64,000 nt of DNA, taken from assembly GCA_030704615.1 (NCBI GenBank), contig CM060733.1, positions 63,488,001 through 63,552,000 on the forward strand, given 5' to 3'. Origin of the DNA: Takakia lepidozioides (lineage: Eukaryota > Plantae > Bryophyta). This document shows positions 39,119 to 50,580 of this stretch, in pieces. Under the pieces are notes generated by a model. It was not told the origin of the DNA, ran no database searches, and was given only the letters and a program-made list of their open reading frames with translations. How positions within the stretch are numbered: position 1 is the first letter of the stretch; each line of letters opens with the position of its first letter. A program made the position numbers and the translations under genes.

Positions 39119-40102
39119 CAGTGTTGGACTGGTATCATGGTTTTTTTATACCACTAGGGTAAAGGTATTGGGATACTGTTGAATTATTGAAACCAGTATG
39201 GTACTGGTATCAAATGATGTATAAATTTAATAGCCTGGTATGGTATATGGTAGGGTATCAAAGTGAAAATCTGACTCGTATCGTATTAAACAAAATTTTA
39301 AAAGTCATACCGTCCAGCCTGGTATGTGCCAGGATCTGGTTTAAATAAATAAATAAATAAAAATAAAAAAAGGACGGAGGCCCTTTAAATCGTATTAAGA
39401 TTTCAACTATTCACCTCTCTCAAAAACTATTGTTGAGGTAACTTTCTTTATAAAAAAAAACATAATGGTTTTGGAAACAAATATTACCTCAACAATTATT
39501 TTTGACCTCCCTCAAAAACTATTGTTGAGGTAATTGTTTTAAAAATATATATATAATGGTTTTGAAAACAGATATTACCTCAACAATTATTTTTGACCTC
39601 CCTCAAAAACTATTGTTGAGGTAATATTTGTTTTCAAAACAAAGCAAAACAAAACAAAACAAAACAGCAACAGATGCACATTTAAGAAGAGGAAATCCGA
39701 CTGAAAACCCTCCCAAACTTCTAGACATGAAGGCGTAGCCATGCAAAAATGCCTCCGAGCGCCACAATCTCGTCAAATCTGCCTCAAATCTGCGCCTTCA
39801 TCCTCATTGAAGTGCCCTCTTGAAAACACTCTATGTAGTTAGTATCCCTAATGAAAACTACCCTAAACCCTACCCCTACATCCGGTCCCTCAACCGACGC
39901 ATGCAGGGTATTGGAGTGGTAGTGCGAGGAAGAAGACCAGACTGGTATGTTTTGCGCCAGGGTTTTAGAAGTCCATGTATCCTACCCCACTAGGGTATTG
40001 CCGGGTTTTGCCCTTGTAGGTACCCGCCTAGTATGATCCTTTATACCATTACCCTTACCCTAGTTGATACCCGCCCAAGACCTATATACCGGTCCAACAC
40101 TG
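39119..40102. mobile_element. Non-autonomous hAT element, 984 bp, same TIR family as 6262-6765
   Basis: TIRs CAGTGTTGGACTGGTAT / ATACCGGTCCAACACTG. Perfect 8-bp TSD GTTAAAAC at 39111-39118 and 40103-40110. Internal ~92-bp repeats at 39410-39640. Confidence 0.92.
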
Positions 40103-41051
40103 GTTAAAACCACAGTCCGATGGTTGAATTCGATCTTTCATAACTCAATCTTGCAACATCAGTTGATCCGAAAGCCTTCATGGTGAAAGAGGTTTATATG
40201 TTTTCATCTCACTATAATTGAAGGGCGCAAGTATGTAGCTCCGCAATTTGCGGTGAGGACTTGGAATTTTTTCAAGCCTGGCCCCGTCAGCAGTGTGTGT
40301 CTCTCTTCTCCGTCTTCCCCCTCCCTTACCCCTCATTCCCCCCCTTTTTTTCCAGTCACCAAGCTCTAGTGTATATCCCTCTTCCTTTTGCGGGCGCTTA
40401 GACTAAAGCCCTCCTCCTCTTCCAGAAATTTCCATTCTTTGGATGATTCTGTTTTTCCCCCTCAGCCGGTCGTCTTCTTCCCTTCTACATCCCCCTCTGT
40501 CATCCTTCTGGGGCAGCTCTCCCCCTCTTCACTCTTTGGGCGGCGCGCATTAAATATAGGGGAAGGCCTCGAGGGGAGGGGGTTCCTGGATTTAAGGGCA
40601 CTAGGCCGAGGACGGTAGCCCGAGGGTGTGCCCAAAAATCCAGGAACCCCCGACCCGAGAGGCCTTCCCTTGCATAAAGCACGTGAAGATCTCGTGCATT
40701 CCACGCTCCCGCGTTTCAGGGGGCATTCCACCCTTGCGTATTGCCCTCCCTCGTCAATCGGGCTATTCTGCTCTGGGAAGAGCAGATATTTAACAAAGTG
40801 AAAAATCTTAAAAGGCTTTATGAGCTTCGGAGTTGTGTGATCCGGTCGTGGTGCACCTCACTGCGTTCAGCTGGGTGACCCCCCGGTTCGAGGTTTCTTG
40901 TCGCTGGAGGTTCTGTTTGTCGGCGCTCTGAGTTAAGACTCGTTTGCGGAAGTCGGCTTGCTTCCCCCCAAAGCCCTCTGGCCGCTTCCCCCCCCCGCTA
41001 TCTCTCGTTCGTCTGGCATTGCAGTCCTGTTTTGGCTAAGTTTCTCTTACC

Positions 41052-41550
41052 ATGTCTTCGAGAGGGATCGCCCCACGTAAGAAGAGTGGTAGCTCCAAAG
41101 AGGTAGAAGCTCCTAGATGGCGAAAGGTAGAGCTGCGCAGTCGGCGGGTTCGCTTCCGGGCAAGGGTCCAAAGCCCCCCTCTGTCTAGATTGGAGATCGT
41201 CCCCTGGGCGGAACCAGGAGCCTCGGGGAAAGATGATCAACAAGTAATTGGCCGAATATGGAATTCGTCAAGTCCCAGTCCCCAAACATGTCGCAGCATG
41301 GAATCTTGGCCCACTTCCCGGGAAGAGTCCATGAGGGGTGAATGGCAATGGATCAGGAAATGGATCATCCAACATCTTGGGGCAGAAGGCGGTCTCACAC
41401 ACCACTTTTGCCATTCCATGGGAAGGGGCTTCTACACTGATTTGTTTAGTTCAAAGAAAGATGTTGCCAAAGCTCTTGCTGCTAAGCTGCTGAAGTCTAG
41501 ATTCAGGGTTAATTTATTCCCTTGGTCCCCTGATTGGGGTCATAAAGATG
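41052..41550 (+). mobile_element. 5' part of an L1-type LINE ORF1 (DUF4283-like), cut by the LTR-type insertion at 41551
   Basis: WIRKWI...MGRGFYTDLFSSKKDVAKAL...VNLFPWSPDW resembles the plant L1 ORF1 RRM-like domain. A pyrimidine-rich leader lies upstream. Confidence 0.55.
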
Positions 41551-42258
41551 TGTCGTGCGCATACATATCGCTACACAATTACATCGTTGTCCAAAACCAC
41601 ACAACACATGTGCACACCACACACTAGTATATCACTAGTCCACCACTAGTCCAGCCACTAGTCCAACCACTAGGCTACAACTAGTCAGTCACTAGGCTGC
41701 CACTATGCTGCCCACTATGGCAGTCACTAGTCCACACAATGATAACGAAGAAGAATACAAGCACAAGCTCATGCGAACTCACAAAGCTGAAGCATAAACT
41801 CATGCATATATAACCTCATCATTCAAATACAAGTCAAGCCAAGTGCACCCCACGCCATGGGGAATCCACACTACGGCGCCATAGCTAGGCGCGGTGAGGC
41901 TCAATTCGAGAAAGATGAGCCTCCCGCGCTTGCCGTGAAGATAACCACTCCAAGGCCTAAATCTGCCTTGACCCCTGGATTGACACTTGGGCCAATCCCA
42001 AATGTCAATATGTAAAAGCTAGCTATTTCCTAGCTAGTTTCACACTAGTGGTAAAATAACTTGACAGCTGTCGTGCGCATACATATCGCTACACAACTAC
42101 ATCGTTGTCCAAAACCACACAACACATGTGCACACCACACACTAGTATACCACTAGTCCACCACTAGTCCAGCCACTAGTCCAACCACTAGGCTACAACT
42201 AGTCAGTCACTAGGCTGCCACTATGTTGCCCACTATGGCAGTCACTAGTCCACACAAT
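41551..42258 (-). repeat. Terminal repeat region (LTR-like) of the Ty3/gypsy element: 190-bp direct repeats around a 328-bp spacer
   Basis: 41551-41740 and 42069-42258 differ at ~3 positions. 41551-42066 has TGTC...GACA ends. A purine tract AGGGGGGCGA on the minus strand precedes 42258. Confidence 0.8.
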
Positions 42259-42360
42259 CGCCCCCCTAGCTGGTGCTTAGGTCCCTCTAAGTCCAGGTAG
42301 CCACAAGATGTGATAGTGACCATAGCCTCACTAAGTCTTCTACCACTATCCCTACTACAC

Positions 42361-45124
42361 TCAAACTCGATAGATCAAGAGGCCGGGTGCAAGAGCAACC
42401 ATGGCAGGCAACTCCGCCGTACCATGCATGTCATCATGCTCTGCTGGAGGTGGCACATCCTCTGCATGGGCATTGCCATCCAGCAAGAAGGCGGCTAGTG
42501 TTGGTATCTTGCCCCGCTGGGCAGCAGCAGCACCCCCAATGAATGTCACAGGGAGCTGTACACGACAACCATCCCCTGACTGCCATCCAGGCCTGTAGGA
42601 TGCTGACTTCTCCCAAAAATCCAGGGTGAATGGGATATAACACTGCCCCACCAACGAGGACATCGTAAGAGATCGCATCTGTCACGATGGCCTTGGCTCG
42701 CATCACTGAACCATCTATAGGATGATCCGGCTGTAGTCTAATGGCCAACTCACGCCGTGTCATGCCCCGAGCCTGCTCTGATCCTCCCATAGGTGTCTGT
42801 ATCTGGAAAAGACAAGGCTCCATATCCGCCTCCATGAGGCCCAAACCTGCAATAGCAGCTCTGCCCAACATCAGTGGCTGAGCTCTCGAGTCCAACAAGA
42901 CCCATAGTGGCCGGTACCTCTTGCCTGCCGGTCCACTCAAAGAAAAAATGTCATCCTGGTTGTCTAACACGACAAGTCTAAGTGTCACCATGGCGCGCTC
43001 AAAGGCTGGCATAGCTGGCAGCTCCGTCAACCTGGCAGGTGCAGCTTGCCATGGCGCAGCCGTGGCAGTCTTGACCCTCAAATCCGAGGATTCCTCTGCC
43101 ACTACACCTTCCACCAACTCTGCAGAAGATGAAGTGACCTCCCCACTCTCGCAGAGTGTTGCTGCTAGTCTGAACACTGCAGCTGGTCTTTCCCCCGGCG
43201 TCGCGATCATGGTTGCCGAGAATAGTGGGGCTTGACACACAGAGGTGGCTGCCCCCAACAACACACTGGCTGCACTAGCCTTGGCAGCAGGTGTCAGTGC
43301 TGCACGTGTAGTTCTTCCCAATGGCACAATAACGGCCTCTGTATCTATCGGGCGAGAACTAGGTGCCATGGATGTCATCGACACTGTCTCCCCCAAGATG
43401 AATGATTGAGGCAACCTAGCCTGACGGCTTGCCTCCCCACGCTGTGGATCTAACTTCACCTCTGCACCTCGTGGCTCAGGAACTCGTGTTGCTCCTCGAG
43501 TGACGGCTGCAGCAGACTCCACCTGCACTAGTGGTAGTGCTGCCCCACATATAAATCCCATGTCTCCCATGTCTCCTCCATCAGGATGACGCTGCTGAGG
43601 AGGAACATGAGGTGGACCCTCAGGTCTTGGAGCTGGTACCACCTGAGCTGTGGCCATGGCAGCAAGCTTTTGCTCTAGTTGCTGAAGCCGGTTGGCCATG
43701 CCTTGGTCAACGCCCTGACCTCCACGTCCTTGGCCATACTGTGCTTGCCCTTGTCCTACACCTTGTGCCTGACCACCTCGTCGTCTTTGAGGTGCTCTAC
43801 CTCGCCCTCGGCCACCATTGTTCCCTTGGAACTGGCCTTGCCGCAACTCAGGGTGCAAGTCATAACACTGGGCATCTCCATGCCCATACTTGCCACAATG
43901 CCCACACTGCAACTGTGCAGGCTGTGCTTGTGCCGGCTTTTTGCCATTCTCTGGGCAATCTTTCTTGACATGGGGTCCTCCACATGTCCAACATATCACC
44001 CCTGGTTGCTGTTGGCTTGCAAAAGATGCTACTGGCCTCTGCACCTGAGGTCCCCTGTAAGTTCCATGGAATTTGGGTTGGGAAACCTTGCCCCCCTGAC
44101 CACGCTGTTGGGCAGTCCCTTGTGCCTGTGGGCTGGCAGCTGCGCCTTGTGCAGGCATTTCCTTGCCAAATCCAATGGTAACAACTTGCTCCTCCACCAT
44201 GTTGATCTCAATCCGCTCAGCCAGCAGAAACACATCTGCTAATGTGGGTTGGGCTGCTTGTAACAGGGTTGCATCCCGCACCCTTCTCCTGAGCTCCTTG
44301 CCCAAAATTCCATACCAGAACTGGATTGCCTGAGCTTCAGTAACCCCTTGGGTCACACTTATTAAGCGCCTCATACGAGTGTAGGCCTCTCGCAGGCTCT
44401 CACTGGATTTGCGCTGGAAGTCTTGCAAACTTCGCAGCTTCTTTGTCCGTACGCCTTGGTAGTTCCTCCGCAACTCATGGAAGAACTCCACCACCGGGCT
44501 GAATCTAGGCACGTGTGTTGTAGTCGTGGCAGGAGGAATAGTAGCACCTTCTGCTGAAGTACCGGCACTACTTGTTCCACTACTAGTGCTGGCAGTGGGA
44601 GGTATTGGTGCTGATGCCGCTACTGGTCGCGTCGTGCCTCGAGTAATGGAGACGTAGTCAGGTGACCAATACATCCTCCACTCCTCAATCTCCGCTTCAT
44701 GTCCTCGCCTGAACTCGTGGTAATCGTCCATAGGCAGGCCTTCCAAATGCTGGAACAATCCCTTCCACGCCATGAATGGGGTGAACAGCTGTGGATTGCG
44801 CATCTGCTGCAAATCACACCAGCTGTTGAACTCTTGGATAAAGTCATCTAGCTTGATTGTGCCCACAGCTCCAGAGTACCTGCGAGGCCCCTTGGTAGCT
44901 CCATACATCTCCTCCATGTCGTCCCACAATAATGACGAAGAAGACTGCACACCTGTTGATGAAGCCTCCGGGTCTGTGTCAGACTCTACAGTAGTTGAGG
45001 GTGGAGGTGAAGGTGGTCTGAACCGAATACCTCGTCTTGTGAACCCACTCTCACTATTACTGCCTGTAGCCGTACTCCCCTCAGAACCCTTGGGTAACTC
45101 CGTGATGACACTCACAACGTGCAC
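42361..45124 (-). mobile_element. Ty3/gypsy-type retrotransposon gag-protease ORF (frameshifted near 42630, ends before RT)
   Basis: Retrotransposon gag (LQDFQRKSSESLREAYTRM), two zinc knuckles (CWTCGGPHVKKDC, CGHCGKYGHGDAQC) and an aspartic protease (VLLDSRAQPLMLG...YDVLVG). Confidence 0.88.
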
Positions 45125-46295
45125 CTCCCCTACGTGACACTATAAGGCTCTAATACTAATTTTAATAGTGACACGAGTAGGCACCTGTTGCAATTTAAGG
45201 GTCATATCCCAGTGGCTCAAGGCACCTGCACCTGCATCCACCACAATAACTCCTATGGTTGGCTGGTCATCAACCCAGTCTCACCATAGAAGAAACACGG
45301 GTGGTCTTGCTGGTCACCACTCCAGCCTCACCACCGACAACATACTCTAGGATTGACCGGTGATCAAATCCGACCTAATCCCTATGAAAGCAAGCGCCCA
45401 CACAAAACCAACATGCCGCACAGTCAAGCATGCAGGTATTGGGGGGGATCCAAACACAAGAAATCAAAACATCAACACCCCCACTCCAAAATCCATCTAC
45501 AGTGCTGATCCTGCAGAATATCCCAGCCCAAAACCCCGGATTGACTGGCCTCCACCAAGAGAGGCTTTGGCAACTACAAGTACAAAGTAATGAAAATAGT
45601 AAAAAGATGGAGGGGAAGAATAGAGGCCCGACCAAACAAGATCTAATCCTGATCTATGCTATCAACTGCCAGACTTCTCTCAAAGTGCCTCGCTCTGCAT
45701 GATGGTAAGGTGTAGGAGGTATATCTATGTCCAGAAACCTGCCACTAACCTTGTCCCAAGCTACAGTAGCTCGCTCTAACCAACCCTCCTCCTATTTCTG
45801 CCAGGTAGAGACAAAGCAATACTTCCCTATCTCCCGCTCACTGAATACTAAAGAAAATAAAGGTAGGGTCTGACAGTCTCTCAACTCGAAAGCTTTGAGA
45901 CGGTTGCGGGTGTCCTCATTGCGAATGACTGCATCTCCTTCAAGCAGCACAAACTTTTCATTGCTAATGAACCCCCGCTCGTGGTTGCCTCGTGTAGAGC
46001 GTGTCCGGCTGCAACCATGTCTGATTGCAAAAACTTGTGTAGCTCCTGCTCCTCTGCTCCAGTACACCACGGCCTTGTGGCTGAACACCTTGGTCCCCGG
46101 GGCTGTCTTTGGCTGTGTTCCAAACCTAGCTTCCACCCACTTTGGTATTTCACCTACAGCTGCATAACTACTTGATCCAACAGAGTTAGTCGCCGTCTTG
46201 CAACCTGTGAACTTGAGCTTGGGATCTCATGTATTGACTCTTATGAGCTTGGCCTCCTATGTCTTGTTAGCTGCCTCCAGTCATGTCCACTGCCA

Positions 46296-47560
46296 CTATC
46301 CCAAGCAGTGTGGACACAACCAATCTCCGTCAGGAACCTTCTCAAGAGGTGGTGTCAAATATCCCATATGCCAACCCCTTGAGCATCGATCACACACCAG
46401 CATGGTGGCTGCCCCTTTGGCATCCACAGAGCATGCACCTCAAACCTGCAGGTACCACTGCCAAGTTTGGGTCAACTCTGCCATCGACATTGGGAAGGTG
46501 ACATGGCGCACAATTACGCACATGGTCCTTCCAAGTCATGCCATCCCGACCCTCCAAGATCAGGACCCCTGAGGGCAACACCTCTCGAACCCTACGAATA
46601 ACACGCCCTGCAGTAACATCCAGAGTCGTAGGAGTAGTCTGATGCAAATAAACATAGTCACCAGGGCTAAACCTCCGAACCCCAGGACGATATCCTCCAC
46701 CACGTATAGTGGCATACCTCAACGTATCACGGTGCTGTGCAATGGCAAGGTTCCCAAAAGCCATGAGCATGACTTTCTTGAACAATTCTACACGCTGATC
46801 ACATGCACGTACCCACACGTCCGGATCGTCAAGGTTAAGGACTTGAGCAGTGTCCATACGAATGGCTGCAGACAAATCCGGCTCTCGGCTAAAAAGAAGG
46901 AAATATGGTGAGAAGGAGGCAAGTGATGTTTGTTTGCTGAACCTGTAGCCCATGACTAACCAAGGAACCTGAAGATCCCAATCTCCTAGGTGTCCCTTCT
47001 GCAAGCCATACTTGCGCAAACCCTTCTTCACCGTCTGAACAACTCTCTCTACCAAGCCATCAGCCTCAGGATGATCCCGAGAAGTGGTGCGGTGGTCTAT
47101 CAAGGCTTTATCACACAAAGCTTGAAACTCCCCCAAGAACTCTCTCCCTTGGTCCGTGAGTACCTCAGCTGGAGCACCAAATCGGCTAAGCACACGATCC
47201 AAGAATGCATACGCAGCCCCCTCACTAGCCTTGTCAGGCAATGGAACCAACTCAATCCACTTGGAGAAGTGCTCCACCATCACCAACACATATCTGTGGT
47301 GGCGCATAGTCAGTGGCAACGGTTCTGCGAAGTCAAGACTCCACCTGTAGCCCAATCCCATGATTGGTAAAGGATGCAACTGTGGTGTAGGGACGTTGAA
47401 TGAAGCACGCACCCTGTCACACACCATGCACCTAGCCACGAACTGTTGCACCTCTGTATGCATACCACGCCACCAATATTGCCCCTGCAGTAAACTGTGA
47501 GTGCGTCGCACTCCAAAATGCCCCAACTCCTCATGGGCATGCCACACTAACCGTGCACGC
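46296..47560 (-). mobile_element. Ty3/gypsy integrase with a C-terminal PHD finger (5' truncated)
   Basis: HHCC (HEELGHFG...CMVC), DDE core (WSLDF, LTDQGREF, DGLVER) and a GPY/F-like region. Then CMLC + frameshift + MLVCDRCSRGWHMGYLTPPLEKVPDGDWLCPHC, stop at 46296. Confidence 0.9.
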
Positions 47561-48671
47561 TGTGTGGGGTGAGGCGCGGTGCTGTGGGGCGCCGCGCGGC
47601 CAGCGGTGGGGCGGGGGTCAGGGGTCCCGGGCGGGCGGCGGGCGCGGGGGGGTCAGGGGAGCGTGGGGAGCAGCGGGTGGGCGGGGCGGGGCAACGGGCG
47701 GAGGGGTCGGAGGGAGGTGGGGATGATTTGACATGGGACGTCCTGCTCGCCGACGAGGCTGCCGGAGCGGGGGTTCCCCGGCTGTACCTCCCGGGCCGTA
47801 CCCATCAGCTCACACGCTTGCAACCTTTGGATGCCGAAGGTGGAGGTTGAATGGAAAACAGAAATTTTAGTGAGAAACAAATACATGCCTTCATGAGACA
47901 TGGACGGCTAAAACTAACTAAGCAGGACACAGGTTCCCAAAGGCCCTGAGATAATTTGGGGGTGACTACCTTCGGTGGACGAAGGTGGCGCAAAGAATCA
48001 AGGGTTGTAGAAACGACCACTTATACTCACGAAAGATGAGTGTGGAGGGTGAAAATTCCCTAGAGAAATTGTCCTGGACGCCACTTTTTGGTGAAGGAAG
48101 GTGAGGAAGGGTATAGAGAATGACATAATGGAGATAATTCCAACCGAAGGTGAACGGCAATTAGCAGGTCTATATGGAACAGAAGGTGTTGTATCATAGA
48201 AGCAACCGATCCCTCGACGGCGAAGGTCGAAGGGGGAGAGAAAGAACATTGACGATCCTAATATGAGCCAATATTACGTAATAAAGAGACAAGAAATGAA
48301 AAGAAACTTCATTTTGGAATAGCAATAACGTTAACAAATACACCGTGCATAAGTATTTTCCGCACCAAAAAAAAGTTCATAAGATGTTATCGAGAAACAC
48401 TCCAATACTCTTCAATGATGGGCTCAGTTAGACGAGTATGAGAAAGCTGGGGAAAAAACGGTTTCTATTCGCTCGATCTTCCATCCTTCTCGAGGATGAG
48501 GTGATTCAAGTACATACTGTCCGTGCTGCATGGGAAGCTCCTTGGCAGATGACATACCTTTGGAACGTGCGGACATATCAGTACTTATATCTTTTTTTTT
48601 TCGGCAACAACATCTTTCTCTGAGTCAGACATCTGGAATCCGATTCATCAATGATCCTTATGGAGCCCAGC

Positions 48672-49126
48672 TCAGCATTTGAGTGTATGTCCTTCGCAGC
48701 GTGGAGTTGATCTTCCGACATTCTCCGTTCTGAGATTTATATCAGGCCTCCATGAGGAATTGGGATCCTGTGTCATACATATTGTCTTGGTCCTCTTATC
48801 TCCCTCCAAGTGGTCGCCACGGGTATGCAAAGGGGAACCAACAATAATATCCCTCAAAGCAGATCCCATCTTCTTCGCAGTTTAACTTTCAGAGCTTCTC
48901 TGCAAAGCAACTCAGCGGCATCTGGCCCTATACCAGCTCCCCGACCCTTCTGAAGATTGATTTCCTCCCCAGTCTCCATCAAGGCCCAAACAATGTCATC
49001 TCTTGTGGTCTTAACCAGATCCTTCTTATTCAGGCCCGAGCCTTTCTTCCATTTAGCATGCACAGATTCAGCCATGTTTGTATTTGGCATCCCAGCAGCC
49101 GCATCTGGATCCATCCGCTGCAACAC
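48672..49126 (-). mobile_element. Mutator-like transposase remnant (catalytic Glu region)
   Basis: MPNTNMAESVHAKWK fits the MULE TN.AES.H/N motif. Followed by GAGIGPDAAELL and degenerate downstream frames. Confidence 0.5.
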
Positions 49127-49934
49127 ATATAAAATTACTTATTATGGTTCTTCATAATATAGCAAAATTATTTGAGCATATACTGCCAACACAATGTTGA
49201 AGGGCTGTGAGATTACCTCAGTGAATAATTCTTCACATTTTCAGGTGATTACTGAGACAGGCATAGTGAGATACCTGTGATGACCTTCTCTAGCAACTCT
49301 TCTGCTGTGTCCACACTACCATCTGATCCAGTCCACCAAATTGAAAACAAGCAAACTTCCATTTTGTTAATTGTTTAGCCTTAACCATGTCTCCATTGTT
49401 TCACATGGCACCATGTAGTACATGATGCGTAGAGTTGTCTCTGTCCCTCGAGAGAGAATTGAAGCTGCATAAAGTTGCAGTACTTTCTGACGAATAGCCA
49501 CTAGCCCTGGTTTGTCTGCATCATCATTTGCCTGCCCACAGTCAAAGAGCAGACATCTCCGTGTCACTCCCCTAGCTGCCCTCCCTCTCAGTATAACCAG
49601 ACCTCGTCAATGTCACACCAAGACAAGGCTCTCAGGGAGTAGAATACAGATTGCTTTAGCACTAGGTCTCTAGCAACTGAAACTGAAATCACATCAGATC
49701 AGTGAAAAACCCTGCAAAAGGAGCGCATTATGGGGATTTCCCCTGAAAGCAGTAGAGTGAAGTCCCAGCAACTAGAGGAATTCAGAACTACCACTTCAGC
49801 TTTCATCCAGAAAACTGTCCTTTTCCCTCAGCTCAACCTCCTGACACCCACCAGGACCAGTCAAATCCAGATAATACACATAACACCCCACACAACATTT
49901 CACCACACAAGGTTCCTAGACATCTGCAAAGAGA

Positions 49935-50340
49935 AAGATTGTACTCATAAGACGTTGTTTGCCGTAGCCTTGTGGCCATTGACCCCGCGCCCAGTTTGAG
50001 CGGGAACAAAAGGGACAGAACCTACCTCTGTCAGGGGCTGACGTTGGTAGTAAGACTTACCTCCATATAAAGAATTAATCCGGGTTTTCCAGATATCCTC
50101 TAGAAATCCCTTCACACAAGCATCAATCTGCTGTGTGTGATTTGCCCAAAAACTAGGCCTCAGGAGGGCCTGGGCTTTTGGCTCAGCCTCGAAACTTTCA
50201 AAGTTGGTAAACAGGGGTACAGGCACAATTCCCTTAATAGATTTGAAGAGAGCGTCTCTTTGGTGAGAGAACCCCGGACAGTGTATCAGAAAATGAAAGA
50301 GAAAGGATAAGCCAACCTTACTGTAAAGAATGCACACCTT
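49935..50340 (-). mobile_element. LINE 3' fragment (ORF2 C-terminus)
   Basis: HFLIHCP...GFLEDIWKTR...GHKATANNVL*. Clearly homologous to 54587-54960. Confidence 0.7.
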
Positions 50341-50580
50341 TCACATATCAAGGAGGCTCTGTTGGTTGCGAGGGGGCCAGATAATTTCTCCATCTGATTC
50401 AATCAATCAACTCAAAATTGACTTGAACATATCTGTTGAAGACTTAATTTTTTCCTGAAAGAACAGTCGCCACATTTCAGACACCAAGATATACTTACCT
50501 CTCTTTGCAAGAGAGCTTGAGAGCGTGTTCTGGAAGTCCGGACAAGTGCAATTTGGAAAATTGCCAGATTTTCCTGCATT

